A program made the position numbers and the translations under genes. A stretch of 64,000 nucleotides of DNA, from assembly GCA_965218785.1 (NCBI GenBank), contig OZ244650.1, positions 704,001 to 768,000 of the forward strand, in the 5' to 3' direction. Shown piece after piece: positions 45,388 to 54,686 of the stretch. The notes beneath the pieces were generated by a model. That model was given only the letters and a program-made list of their open reading frames with translations, was not told where the DNA came from and made no database searches. This DNA comes from Nitrosopumilus sp. GTDB lineage: Archaea > Thermoproteota > Nitrososphaeria > Nitrososphaerales > Nitrosopumilaceae. Position 1 is the first letter of the stretch; the number at the start of each line of letters is the position of its first letter.

Positions 45388-45813
45388 ATGAGTGGTAATA
45401 CTAACCAATATGATCCCACCGAAATGTTCAAGGATTGGATCCAAAAAAGCGGGCGTGCTCAGGCAGAATTTATGAAAAGTTTTGGCTCTTTGATGGCAAA
45501 TCAATCAGGCCAGACATTTAATCCACTAGAAACCCTAAAGGGAGTTTCTGATGGTGCCAGGGATGCCCAATCAAGTATGATGCAAGGTTTGTCCTCCATA
45601 CAAAACAAAAACATGGATGCCATCTTCAACATTGGACAAATGCTTCCCTCCTTCATGAATTGGGGTGCTTACAAAACTACCATCAGTAGTAATGGAAGAA
45701 TCTCAATCCCTGAGGCAGAGCGTAATGCACTTGGTCTGGGAGAGGGCGATTTGGTTCAGATAGTTATCCTACCAATTGCAAAAAAATCAAAAAACAAGGA
45801 GGTGAAACAATGA
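45388..45813 (+). CDS. AbrB/MazE-type regulator, archaeal PhaR-like
   Basis: C-terminal ISSNGRISIPEAERNALGLGEGDLVQI AbrB domain; Met/Gln-rich amphipathic N-terminus; adjacent to phaEC. Confidence 0.75.
   Translation: MSGNTNQYDPTEMFKDWIQKSGRAQAEFMKSFGSLMANQSGQTFNPLETLKGVSDGARDAQSSMMQGLSSIQNKNMDAIFNIGQMLPSFMNWGAYKTTISSNGRISIPEAERNALGLGEGDLVQIVILPIAKKSKNKEVKQ
45796..45805 (+). promoter_or_regulatory. Shine-Dalgarno site for the phasin-like gene
   Basis: AAGGAGGTGA, complementary to the 16S 3' end TCACCTCCT seen in this window. Confidence 0.8.
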
Positions 45814-46241
45814 GTAACGAAACAACAACAAAACCAAGCAGTTCAAAGGATGTATTTTCAGTATGTCAGCAAAACGTAGACAAACTCTTCAACGGTGTTA
45901 GACAGTCAGTACCACAGTATCATCAATCAATTACTAATGTACAGCAGGAATATCTGCAAGCATATGAAAACGTAATAGATTCGACCATTACACTGCAAAA
46001 AGAATATACACGAAAGGCAGGTATTGCAGCAAATATTCCTGAAGCAAGTCTTAAGGTAATACGTGATACTACGGAAGAATTTGTAAAGGCAACTTCAATA
46101 CAGAATCAGGTGGTACTTGCAACTATCGATGCAACACAGCAAAACATCAAAACATTCAACGATAATGCAAAATCATTTGCTGAACTGAACAAAAATATTC
46201 TACAGTCTTGGATTTCCGCATTTACCACAAAGTACAACTAG
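45810..46241 (+). CDS. Phasin-like helical protein (PhaP candidate)
   Basis: All-alpha Gln/Asn/Thr-rich amphipathic sequence, coupled (ATGA) to the AbrB gene as in haloarchaeal phaRP. Confidence 0.6.
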   Translation: MSNETTTKPSSSKDVFSVCQQNVDKLFNGVRQSVPQYHQSITNVQQEYLQAYENVIDSTITLQKEYTRKAGIAANIPEASLKVIRDTTEEFVKATSIQNQVVLATIDATQQNIKTFNDNAKSFAELNKNILQSWISAFTTKYN

Positions 46242-46257
46242 GTAAATCCAAACTGTT

Positions 46258-46279
46258 AATTTTTTCTTTTTTTATTTTA
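46258..46279 (+). terminator. T-rich tract between convergent phasin-like and phaC genes
   Basis: ttttttctttttttatttt after the stop codon. Confidence 0.5.
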
Positions 46280-47341
46280 TGATTTTTCAGTTAGCCATTG
46301 GCCTAGTTCGGGCAGTATTTTCTTTTGTGACATCGAACTGGCTATCATTCCAACGTGTCCGGTAGGATATATTCTCAGTGTTTTATCCTCACTTCCCACC
46401 GCATAATGCAGTGGCATACTGCATTCAGGGGACACCAAGTGGTCTCCCACTGCCACCTGTGTGAATATCGGCATGTCTATCTTTTTCAAATTAATGACCT
46501 CCCCTTCTATGGACATTTTGTTTTGAATGAGCAGGTTGTCCTGATAGATGTCTTTAATCCACTGTTTGAACAGCTGTCCGGGAATGGGGGGCGTATCTCC
46601 GAGCCATTTTTCCACCCTGAGAAAACTATCCACAAATTTCTTATTATCTATATTTTTGAAAAAGTTCACGTATTTTTCGATTCCCTGCTCGAATGGTTTT
46701 AGGACTGAAAAGCAGTAATACATGAACTCGGGAGGCATGTTTCCGATGATATCTACCATTTTATCTGCATCCATGTGTTTTGCAAGATTGCTGATTACCG
46801 TGGTGTCCCGCCATCCGTCAATGACTGGAGCAGTCGCAACATAGTTTTTCACGTTTTCTGGATGCAGTGCCGCGTATGCCGTTGCTATTGTTGCACCGGT
46901 ACAGTATCCCTGTAATGAAATTTTCTCACATGATGATTCGTTTTTGATGTACTCCACATAGTAATCCAGGTAGCCATTAACATAATCATCAAAATCAAGA
47001 TACTTGTCCATGCTAGTCGGTGTTCCCCAATCCAGCATGTAGACATCAAATCCCTGCTGGAGAAGATTTCTTACCCAGCTTTTTTCTGGATGAATGTCAA
47101 GTATGTGGTATCTGTTAATCAGTGCATATGCAATTAACAGCGGTGTCTTGTGCTGCTTGTCTGTAAGCGGTCTGTAGTGTAATAGTCTTGTCTTGTCCAT
47201 CTTGTGCACGACATCGTGCTGTGTTACCTCCAAGTTGATTTCATCTGGTGCCGAAACTAATTTTGGCGCCTCGATGACATTCTTGCTGAATTTCAGAATC
47301 TCCTCGATTATTTTTGGATCTACTCTTGACTCACTTTGCAT
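46277..47341 (-). CDS. phaC: Class III PHA synthase subunit PhaC
   Basis: PLLIAYALINRYHILD, GFDVYMLDWG, catalytic GYCTG, DHLV, GHVG. Confidence 0.96.
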   Translation of the reverse strand: MQSESRVDPKIIEEILKFSKNVIEAPKLVSAPDEINLEVTQHDVVHKMDKTRLLHYRPLTDKQHKTPLLIAYALINRYHILDIHPEKSWVRNLLQQGFDVYMLDWGTPTSMDKYLDFDDYVNGYLDYYVEYIKNESSCEKISLQGYCTGATIATAYAALHPENVKNYVATAPVIDGWRDTTVISNLAKHMDADKMVDIIGNMPPEFMYYCFSVLKPFEQGIEKYVNFFKNIDNKKFVDSFLRVEKWLGDTPPIPGQLFKQWIKDIYQDNLLIQNKMSIEGEVINLKKIDMPIFTQVAVGDHLVSPECSMPLHYAVGSEDKTLRIYPTGHVGMIASSMSQKKILPELGQWLTEKS

Positions 47342-47909
47342 TTTTTTCCATCTTTTTTTTCTTTAACTCCAACTCTAATCTGCCGATTCTTTTTTTAAGT
47401 GAATGCATCTCCTTGTAAACCTCGTCAATCTCCTCCTTGCTTGGAAGATTCACTGACTGTAGTATTACATTGGTGATGTTGTTCCAGTGCTTGGTTAATT
47501 CAAGTTCTTTTGAAACCAGTCTTCCATAATTTTCCCCGAATTTTCCAGAATCAAACAACTCTGTAAAATCATTGTCAAAAATATCTATCCAGATTCTTTT
47601 AAACGCCTCTATCTGTTCGACATCATGGGGAACCTCGGGCGCCTTTATGTTTACCTTCTTTTGTGCGTCAGTCCATGTTTCTGAGAGCTGTTTATAGTAT
47701 TCTGTAAGATGCTTATTAAACTCCAACAACACCTCGTTGATCTCAATTAACTCGGTGGATATCTTTTTAGAGTTTGCCGCAAAGGATCTCATCGGGCCAA
47801 TGGATGCCAATGCCTGAGGCTTGCTTGACATCAAATGGATGATATCTGTCCAGAAAAGCGACAGGTGTTTGTAATAATCGGTAATATCCTTGGATGACTC
47901 TGGCTCCAC
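47331..47909 (-). CDS. phaE: Class III PHA synthase subunit PhaE
   Basis: FKRIWID...NLPSKEEIDEVYKEMHSLKKRI; overlaps phaC start. Confidence 0.9.
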   Translation of the reverse strand: MEPESSKDITDYYKHLSLFWTDIIHLMSSKPQALASIGPMRSFAANSKKISTELIEINEVLLEFNKHLTEYYKQLSETWTDAQKKVNIKAPEVPHDVEQIEAFKRIWIDIFDNDFTELFDSGKFGENYGRLVSKELELTKHWNNITNVILQSVNLPSKEEIDEVYKEMHSLKKRIGRLELELKKKKMEKNAK

Positions 47910-47962
47910 AGATACCTGCTGATACAGCTCGCAATAAATAGATCGCTTGCCTAATCAAACAA

Positions 47963-48355
47963 ATGCAGAATGTGGAGGAGCTTGAAAAGATTTGTCGGCA
48001 AATCATAAAACTAGATCCCATGATGCGCTCGGCCAGGCTCATAAACAGCAGAGGTCATTTGTTAGCCGGCGGAATGAAGGAGGGACTGCTCTCACTTGAA
48101 GCTCAAAAACAAGATGAGATGATGTTCATGGAACTTGCCTTGCGTGTACGAATGAGACACGAGTTTGATAATGAATTTGGCAAGGTACATTTTTCCATGT
48201 CATACAGGGACAGGATCATTGTGATGAGCTTTCCACTAACTAACGATGATGTGTTTTTGATATCCTGTGAAAAGGAGACTGATTTTGGAAAAACTGCATT
48301 TCAAATTCTCAATATAATCAAGCCTCTTAAAAAAAACCCGATGAAGACATTCTAG
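47963..48355 (+). CDS. DUF6659 (roadblock-like) family protein
   Basis: MRSARLINSRGHLLAGG...ELALRVRMRHEFDNEFG.V.F.MSYRD....SFP; paralog of 42760..43143. Confidence 0.8.
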   Translation: MQNVEELEKICRQIIKLDPMMRSARLINSRGHLLAGGMKEGLLSLEAQKQDEMMFMELALRVRMRHEFDNEFGKVHFSMSYRDRIIVMSFPLTNDDVFLISCEKETDFGKTAFQILNIIKPLKKNPMKTF

Positions 48356-49263
48356 TCGTTGAGCATTTTTCTCAATCCTGCACATCTGTTTCTTATGGTG
48401 ACTTCGGTAACTCCGGATGCAATTGAGATGTCTTTTTGTGATTTTACTTCGCCCGTACTAATACATGCAAGATACAGTGCTGCAGCAGCTATTCCCATGG
48501 GATCCTTTCCTGCCACAATTCCTACTTCTTTTGCCTGGTTCAGAATTATAATCGCCTTTCGCTTACTTTTTTCACTCAATTCTGCAATGCTTGCAATTCT
48601 TGAGACTCCTTTGACAGGATCAACTACCGGCATCTTTAATTCAAGTTCCCTGAAAATCAGCCTGTAACATCTGGCAACATCTTTTCTTCTGATGTTGATT
48701 CCCTTTGCAATGTCGTCTAGCGTTCTTGGTGTCTCTGTATTTCTACATGATGCATAAAGACATGCTGCAACCAGTCCGTGAATTGAACGCCCTCTGACTA
48801 GTTTTTTCTCCATTGCCTTTCTGTAAATGTAGGCTGCCTTTTCTATCACTGCGTTAGTCAATGCAAGTTTGTCTTTTAGTTTGTCCATTTCATTAAGTGC
48901 CTGTCTTAGATTCCTGTCTGCAGACGAATGTGCCTGGCTTCTGCTGTCCCATGTTCTCAGCCTTTCAATCGAACTTTTCACACTTGCAGACAGCGGCTTT
49001 CCAGTGGAGTCCTTGTTGACTGCGCCGATCACAGTTGATAATCCCATGTCGTGCATCGTCAATGAGGTTCCGGCACCTGTTCTTGCCTTGTTCCCCTCAT
49101 CATTTGAAAATGAACGCCATTCTGCACCGGTATCTGTTATTTTATCAGTTACTACAAAACCACACTTTCCACAGAATAACTCTCCTGTATTTTCATCTGT
49201 TACCATCTTTCTGTCTCCGCAGGCTGGACATTTCGGACCTACTGCTGTCGAATTTTTGAGCAT
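48352..49263 (-). CDS. tfb: Transcription initiation factor IIB
   Basis: CPAC..ELFCGKCG zinc ribbon, GAEWRSF, two cyclin repeats, GVTEVTIRNR. Confidence 0.97.
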   Translation of the reverse strand: MLKNSTAVGPKCPACGDRKMVTDENTGELFCGKCGFVVTDKITDTGAEWRSFSNDEGNKARTGAGTSLTMHDMGLSTVIGAVNKDSTGKPLSASVKSSIERLRTWDSRSQAHSSADRNLRQALNEMDKLKDKLALTNAVIEKAAYIYRKAMEKKLVRGRSIHGLVAACLYASCRNTETPRTLDDIAKGINIRRKDVARCYRLIFRELELKMPVVDPVKGVSRIASIAELSEKSKRKAIIILNQAKEVGIVAGKDPMGIAAAALYLACISTGEVKSQKDISIASGVTEVTIRNRCAGLRKMLND

Positions 49264-49563
49264 AATTGAATACACTGTTATATTATCCTGTTATCAACTT
49301 AACCATTTCTACATAGTTGTTTGTATGTAGGTTGAGCTAACACTGATTCTAATCTTTTGGAATGACACCCTGTATTTTCCTTAGAAGGCGATATGCCATA
49401 AAACTGGTATTATTCATTACTTTTTCATACTGATTTCATTATAATTCACCATGATCCGCTATATCATTCCTAATTGGGGTTGTCCTGCTGCGGCAGCAGG
49501 CACCGTATAAATAACATCTGACTTGGAAAATCTTTAATTCATTCATGATTACGTGTTTTTGTA

Positions 49564-49911
49564 ATGAAGAAGATCGGCACCGGGAAGGTCATTTATAATC
49601 TGCGCAAAAAAATCCAGCAGGCTCAGGCAGACCTGGATCAGCTGGGCAAACCGGTATCTGAGATTCCCGAACTGATTGTTTCAGCAAACCTGCTGAGATC
49701 CAATGAATATCTATCTCAAATAAATGAAAAAAAGACCGAACTGTTATCTGCATACATCCAATATTCTGACGCACTCGAAGAACTGCTTTCAACTGTCTTT
49801 GACATACAAAACGATCTAAAGGAAATCCTGAAAAAACAGTCATCTATGATATCCTCCAGAAAAAAGAAACAATCAAAGTCAAAAACCAGATCAAAAAATT
49901 CTAAAAGATAG
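49564..49911 (+). CDS. Hypothetical coiled-coil protein with basic tail
   Basis: 115-aa helical ORF. Confidence 0.7.
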   Translation: MKKIGTGKVIYNLRKKIQQAQADLDQLGKPVSEIPELIVSANLLRSNEYLSQINEKKTELLSAYIQYSDALEELLSTVFDIQNDLKEILKKQSSMISSRKKKQSKSKTRSKNSKR

Positions 49912-49912
49912 C

Positions 49913-50914
49913 CTATTTTGATAAATGAATGATGTCTCCTGCAAGTATTCTCTCCCCGTTATCTAGTATTAATGCACCATCCTCATCAATCCTGGCTGCC
50001 ATCCCACCGGTTCTTCCGTATGCCGTGTCTAGTTCCACGTTCCTCCCAATCGTTGATGATCTTTTTGTCCATTCTGAAATGATCTTTTTGGTCTGTTTTT
50101 TATTTGGCAGCATCTCGTAGATTTTTTCCAGCTCTATCAAGAATGCCTGAATTAATTCAACGGGCCGGACTTTTTTTCTGTGTTCTGCAAGTGATGCAAC
50201 TCCGTAAAAATTAGGCGAGTCCTTTAGTGTTTTTTCCATCTGTTTTGCATCCACGTCAAAATTTATTCCAACTCCCAGGACAAGATTCTCTATCCTGTTT
50301 GATTCCAATGACGCATCTACTAGTATTCCTGCAACTTTTTTGCCCTTGATGGTCAGATCATTTGGCCATTTCAATTCCGGTGAAATTTTAAATGTTTTCT
50401 CCAATGCGTTTGCCAATGCCAGTGATGATGCAATTGGAAACAGCGTGGTAATTGAAATATCTGATTTTGGACGTAAAATTATTGAAAACCATATGCCGCC
50501 TTTGGGTGAAATCCATTTTCTGCCTGCCCTTCCCCTGCCGCCTGTCTGTTTTGCGGCAACTATTATCGTACCATCCTCTGCAGATTCACCTGCCATTTTT
50601 AACGCCTGATCCTGGGTGGAATCAACTGAATCAAAATAGCATGCCCGCTGGCCGATAACTCTTGTCTTAAGACCGGCGGTAATCTCCCATGGAAAAAGTG
50701 AGTCTGAATTGGCCGTCAGCTTGTAGCCTAACTTTTGTTTTGACTCTACGGTGTATCCTAACTCCTGAATCTTTTTGATATGTTTCCACACTGCGACCCT
50801 GCTTATTCTTAAAACATCGCTCAAATCCTGCCCTGATAAATACTCTGTATTGTGGGTCTGCAGAAACGTTAGAACCTTTACCAATCCCGGATTATCATAT
50901 GAATTATAAATCAA
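49913..50914 (-). CDS. birA: Biotin--protein ligase with N-terminal HTH
   Basis: SGQDLS..ISRVAVWKHI, QTGGRGRAGRKW, KWPND, KVAGIL; likely TTG start 50914. Confidence 0.95.
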   Translation of the reverse strand: MIYNSYDNPGLVKVLTFLQTHNTEYLSGQDLSDVLRISRVAVWKHIKKIQELGYTVESKQKLGYKLTANSDSLFPWEITAGLKTRVIGQRACYFDSVDSTQDQALKMAGESAEDGTIIVAAKQTGGRGRAGRKWISPKGGIWFSIILRPKSDISITTLFPIASSLALANALEKTFKISPELKWPNDLTIKGKKVAGILVDASLESNRIENLVLGVGINFDVDAKQMEKTLKDSPNFYGVASLAEHRKKVRPVELIQAFLIELEKIYEMLPNKKQTKKIISEWTKRSSTIGRNVELDTAYGRTGGMAARIDEDGALILDNGERILAGDIIHLSK

Positions 50915-50949
50915 CTGCTGTTTGTTTTTAATCCAAGTATAAAATTGCA

Positions 50950-51459
50950 CTAGAATCCGATATCAAAATCAAATCCGCCGTCATCCATGCCGCCGCCATC
51001 TGTGCCTCCGTCTGCACCTTCTGCTGGCATGTTTTCTGCTGGCACGTAATCTGATATTACAGCGCCCATCATTGTAAACATCATTGAGAACATCACCATA
51101 TCCATTATGCCAAAAAACATCATCGTGGGAAGCACGCCCTTGTTCTCATTCATGACCTGCTGGAGTTTTTGCTTGTTCCCCGTTTTGTAAATCTGTGACA
51201 TGTCGCTCCACTTTTCTTGCAGTTCATGAATCCGCTCATCTATCTCCCTGGAACCTTTGTCTGTGACTGTCAGTTCTATCTTTTGACCAAACAACCCCTT
51301 TTTTTCTAGCACCTGAATGAATCCACGCCCTTCTAATTTCTCCAAAATGGCATTGATCTCTTTGGGCTCGATCTGTGTTGTTTTTTGAATCATGTCAAAT
51401 CTTTTTGCGCCGCGTCTGATTGCGCCCAAAATTATTACATCCTTTGCCTCTGACTCCAT
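50950..51459 (-). CDS. Winged-HTH protein with Met-rich helix and Gly/Asp-rich tail
   Basis: ILEKLEGRGFI...LTVTDKG; tail GGMDDGGFDFDIGF. Confidence 0.75.
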   Translation of the reverse strand: MESEAKDVIILGAIRRGAKRFDMIQKTTQIEPKEINAILEKLEGRGFIQVLEKKGLFGQKIELTVTDKGSREIDERIHELQEKWSDMSQIYKTGNKQKLQQVMNENKGVLPTMMFFGIMDMVMFSMMFTMMGAVISDYVPAENMPAEGADGGTDGGGMDDGGFDFDIGF

Positions 51460-51544
51460 GATTTGGTGTATTTGGGAGTCTTAAAATATTCTTTGCTTTC
51501 CTCGACGTTTAAAAATTATATTCGGCTTTTCTGCGTTGTTTTGC

Positions 51545-51958
51545 ATGGAGCAGGACCATCACACAGATGAGCAGATACGTGATATTTTGTCCCTGAAGAG
51601 GATCGCTGTAATAGGAATGTCTAAAAACCCATCAAAAGCGGCACACCGTGTTCCAAAGTATCTCTCTGATAACGGATATGACATCATTCCTGTAAATCCG
51701 ACTGCCCGTGAGATCCTGGGGAAGAGGTGCTATGACTCTGTTTTAGAGATAAACGATGATATTGACATTGTAGATGTGTTTCGACCATCTGATAAAGTCC
51801 TGACCTTTATCCAAGATGCCATAAAGAAAAAACCCAGGGTAATCTGGCTGCAAGAGGGAATACATAACGCCGAGGCAGAACAGATTGCAAGAGACGAGGG
51901 AATCAGGGTTGTTTTTAACCGATGCATGCTGGCAGAACATCAGAGACTATTGACATGA
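51545..51958 (+). CDS. CoA-binding protein (YccU-like)
   Basis: IAVIGMS, IIPVNP, DIVDVFR, IWLQEGI, NRCM. Confidence 0.92.
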   Translation: MEQDHHTDEQIRDILSLKRIAVIGMSKNPSKAAHRVPKYLSDNGYDIIPVNPTAREILGKRCYDSVLEINDDIDIVDVFRPSDKVLTFIQDAIKKKPRVIWLQEGIHNAEAEQIARDEGIRVVFNRCMLAEHQRLLT

Positions 51959-52320
51959 CTGGTTTTGAAAGTTTTTATCATGAACTGCTTGATCTGGCAA
52001 AAAAACATGAAAAGGAAAACACCCCTCTAAAAATCCAGCAGGATCTTGAAAACGACATCATCAAAATATTTGGCCCGAACATATCCTCGCTGGCAAGGGC
52101 AAAAAACGGACTCGCTGATATAAGCGAACTTGCATATGCAACAGCTGAGCACCATCCCTACTGGAATTTGCTGTATAACTGCTCAGAGATTGCCTCTAGT
52201 GTTTTGGAAAAATGGAAAGACGACCTGTCAGCAGACGACATATCTGATATTGAATGGGCCATCAAGGAACTTTGTCAAACCCTTGAAAAAATCAAAAGCA
52301 AAAATTTTTCAAATTCCTAG
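51955..52320 (+). CDS. Hypothetical protein
   Basis: ATGA-coupled start MTGFESF; helical. Confidence 0.75.
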   Translation: MTGFESFYHELLDLAKKHEKENTPLKIQQDLENDIIKIFGPNISSLARAKNGLADISELAYATAEHHPYWNLLYNCSEIASSVLEKWKDDLSADDISDIEWAIKELCQTLEKIKSKNFSNS

Positions 52321-52354
52321 ACAGAGATAAATATTCAAATTCTGCAGTTATTAT

Positions 52355-53566
52355 ATGCCAATCAAGCTTGGTCTAATTGGCAAGACCAATACCGGAAAAA
52401 CAACCTTCTTTAACTCTGCCACGCTGTCTTCCAAAGACATCTCGTCTTATCCGTTTACCACTAAAAAGCCGGTATCTGGAGTGGCGCATGCCGTATCACT
52501 GTGTGTTCATCCGGAATTCAAGGTAAAGGATAATCCAAACAACTCAAAATGCGTTGAAGGCTGGAGATACATTCCAATCGAACTAATCGACCTGCCCGGG
52601 CTCATCAAGGATGCGTGGAAGGGCAAGGGACTGGGAAATCAGTTTCTCTCCATTGCAGCACAATCTGATGCCTTACTTCACGTAGTTGATGCCTCTGGCG
52701 GAATTGATTCGACTGGGAGAATTACCCAGGCCGGAACCGGTGATCCAATCTCTGATTTTGCCGACATCGAGGAGGAATTAATCATGTGGTATCATAAAAT
52801 TTTGGAGGGAAACAGGGACAAGGTATCAAAATCAATCCGAATGGGTCTGGAGATCTCAGATGCAATTACCGATCTTTATCGCGGCATCGGCGTTAACAAA
52901 ACCCATGTTAAAGACACGCTGCTGGCAACTGGAACAGCTGATAAGGATTTTGATGATTTTGACATGACAGATAGCAAGAAATTTGTATCGCATCTGAGAA
53001 AAATCTCAAAACCGACATTGATTGTGGCCAATAAAATCGATGTTGAAGGCGCAGACAAAAATTTTATAAAATTAAGGGAGCGTTACAATGATTCTATCGT
53101 GGTTCCTGCCAGCGGTGACAGTGAATTCAGTCTTAGACGTGCCGAACAAAAAGGGCTCATAAAATACTCCCCCGGTTCTGAGCAGTTTGATATAGTCAGA
53201 TCCGATGAGCTAAACGAAAAGCAGGTCAGCGCATTGAATTCCATCAAGAAGGGAATCATGGGCGAGTATATGCGGACAGGCGTCCAGTTTTCAATCAACG
53301 TGGCCGTTTTCAAACTGCTTAAAATGAACTCAATATACCCTGTCGCCGATGAGAAGAACCTCGCAGATAAAAAGGGCAGAGTCCTCCCTGATCTAATCCT
53401 GTTAAAAAACGGGGCGACAATCAGTGATCTTGCAAAAGAGATCCACTCAGACCTGACAAAGGGCCTTCTTTATGGAAAGGATCTGCGATATAATCTGAGG
53501 CTTCCAGTTGATTACCAGCTAAGAGACAGAGACGTCGTCTCACTAATTAACGCATCAAAAAAATAA
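52355..53566 (+). CDS. ychF: Obg-family ATPase/GTPase (archaeal YchF-like) with TGS domain
   Basis: GKTNTGKTT, YPFTT, DLPGL, GLGNQFL, ANKID, IHSDL. Confidence 0.9.
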   Translation: MPIKLGLIGKTNTGKTTFFNSATLSSKDISSYPFTTKKPVSGVAHAVSLCVHPEFKVKDNPNNSKCVEGWRYIPIELIDLPGLIKDAWKGKGLGNQFLSIAAQSDALLHVVDASGGIDSTGRITQAGTGDPISDFADIEEELIMWYHKILEGNRDKVSKSIRMGLEISDAITDLYRGIGVNKTHVKDTLLATGTADKDFDDFDMTDSKKFVSHLRKISKPTLIVANKIDVEGADKNFIKLRERYNDSIVVPASGDSEFSLRRAEQKGLIKYSPGSEQFDIVRSDELNEKQVSALNSIKKGIMGEYMRTGVQFSINVAVFKLLKMNSIYPVADEKNLADKKGRVLPDLILLKNGATISDLAKEIHSDLTKGLLYGKDLRYNLRLPVDYQLRDRDVVSLINASKK

Positions 53567-53678
53567 TTGATTTGAGATGCCGCACTATCTGATTTTATTT
53601 GCGGTGATTCAGACCCACGTCTGATGTCCTCCCAACCTGACTGAAATTCCCTGCCACCACTTTCTTGCATGAAATAAC

Positions 53679-54611
53679 CTATCTTGTGATCTTTGAATAA
53701 GACTGCCGGGAGACCTCAATATGATCGAATTTTCCAGGCTGGATGATTTTGGCTAGTATCTCAATTCCCTCCACTGTTCTGATGCTAGGCTTGCTAAAAA
53801 ATGAATTTGCATCTACTGCAAAAACCCTGTCATCTCTTACCGCTCTTAGGGAATTCCATCTTTTATCTTCTGCAAGCGTCTTGCCGTATTCTAGAACCGT
53901 CCGCCCTGTATCAAAACCGCACGGCATCACAATGATCATGTCCGGATCAGATTCGATGATCTCTTGAATGCCCAGACGTCTTGAATGCTCGCCGGTCTTG
54001 CTTATCATGTTGATTCCACCTGCGGCTTGTATCATTTCTGGTATCCAGTGCCCTGCAGTAAATAACGGCTCAATCCATTCTATTGCAAGAATCCTTGGTT
54101 TTTGCATGTTTCTGACTGTGTTGATATTTTGGATTCTCTGCTTCAGGTTAACTGCAACCTGTTCTGCCCGGGGTTCCCTTCCTAAAATCTTTCCAAGTTC
54201 TGTGACAGAGTCTATGATTTCTTGCAAATTATGGGGATCCATGGAATAAACCACTGGTTTTTTTGAAAGAATCCGCACTGCCCTGTCTACCTGGTTATCA
54301 TATGCCGCGCAGACTTTGCATGTCTTTTGTGAAATAATTAAATCCGGTTTTGCATCTTTTAGATTTTTTTCATTTAATACAAAAATATCTTTGCCGTTCT
54401 CTAGCAACTGGCTAGTCATCGCATCAATCTCCGCACTGCTCATCTTCTCTGATGCTATCACCGAACTGATTACCTGTGGTTTTGATGCCGCATCTGGAGG
54501 GTATCTGCATTCATGAGTGACGCCATAAAGCTCATCTTGTGCCCCGAGTTCATATAGTAACTCAGTTGCACTAGGTAAGAATGAGACAATTTTTTTAATC
54601 ATCATCATCAT
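53679..54611 (-). CDS. BtuF-like cobalamin/iron-chelate binding protein
   Basis: IVSFLPSATELL..GVTHEC..P; EWIEPLFTAGHW; no signal peptide. Confidence 0.85.
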   Translation of the reverse strand: MMMMIKKIVSFLPSATELLYELGAQDELYGVTHECRYPPDAASKPQVISSVIASEKMSSAEIDAMTSQLLENGKDIFVLNEKNLKDAKPDLIISQKTCKVCAAYDNQVDRAVRILSKKPVVYSMDPHNLQEIIDSVTELGKILGREPRAEQVAVNLKQRIQNINTVRNMQKPRILAIEWIEPLFTAGHWIPEMIQAAGGINMISKTGEHSRRLGIQEIIESDPDMIIVMPCGFDTGRTVLEYGKTLAEDKRWNSLRAVRDDRVFAVDANSFFSKPSIRTVEGIEILAKIIQPGKFDHIEVSRQSYSKITR

Positions 54612-54686
54612 CTGATGGCTTTTGATCTTTAAACACCCTGTGTTGACTGATCATCAAAATCACTGATCAGGCAGGGATTAATAGGC

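Noticed and set aside
49484-49500. GC-rich hairpin cctgctg-cgg-cagcagg upstream of tfb
   Set aside because: Only a 7-bp stem, single occurrence, no supporting context.
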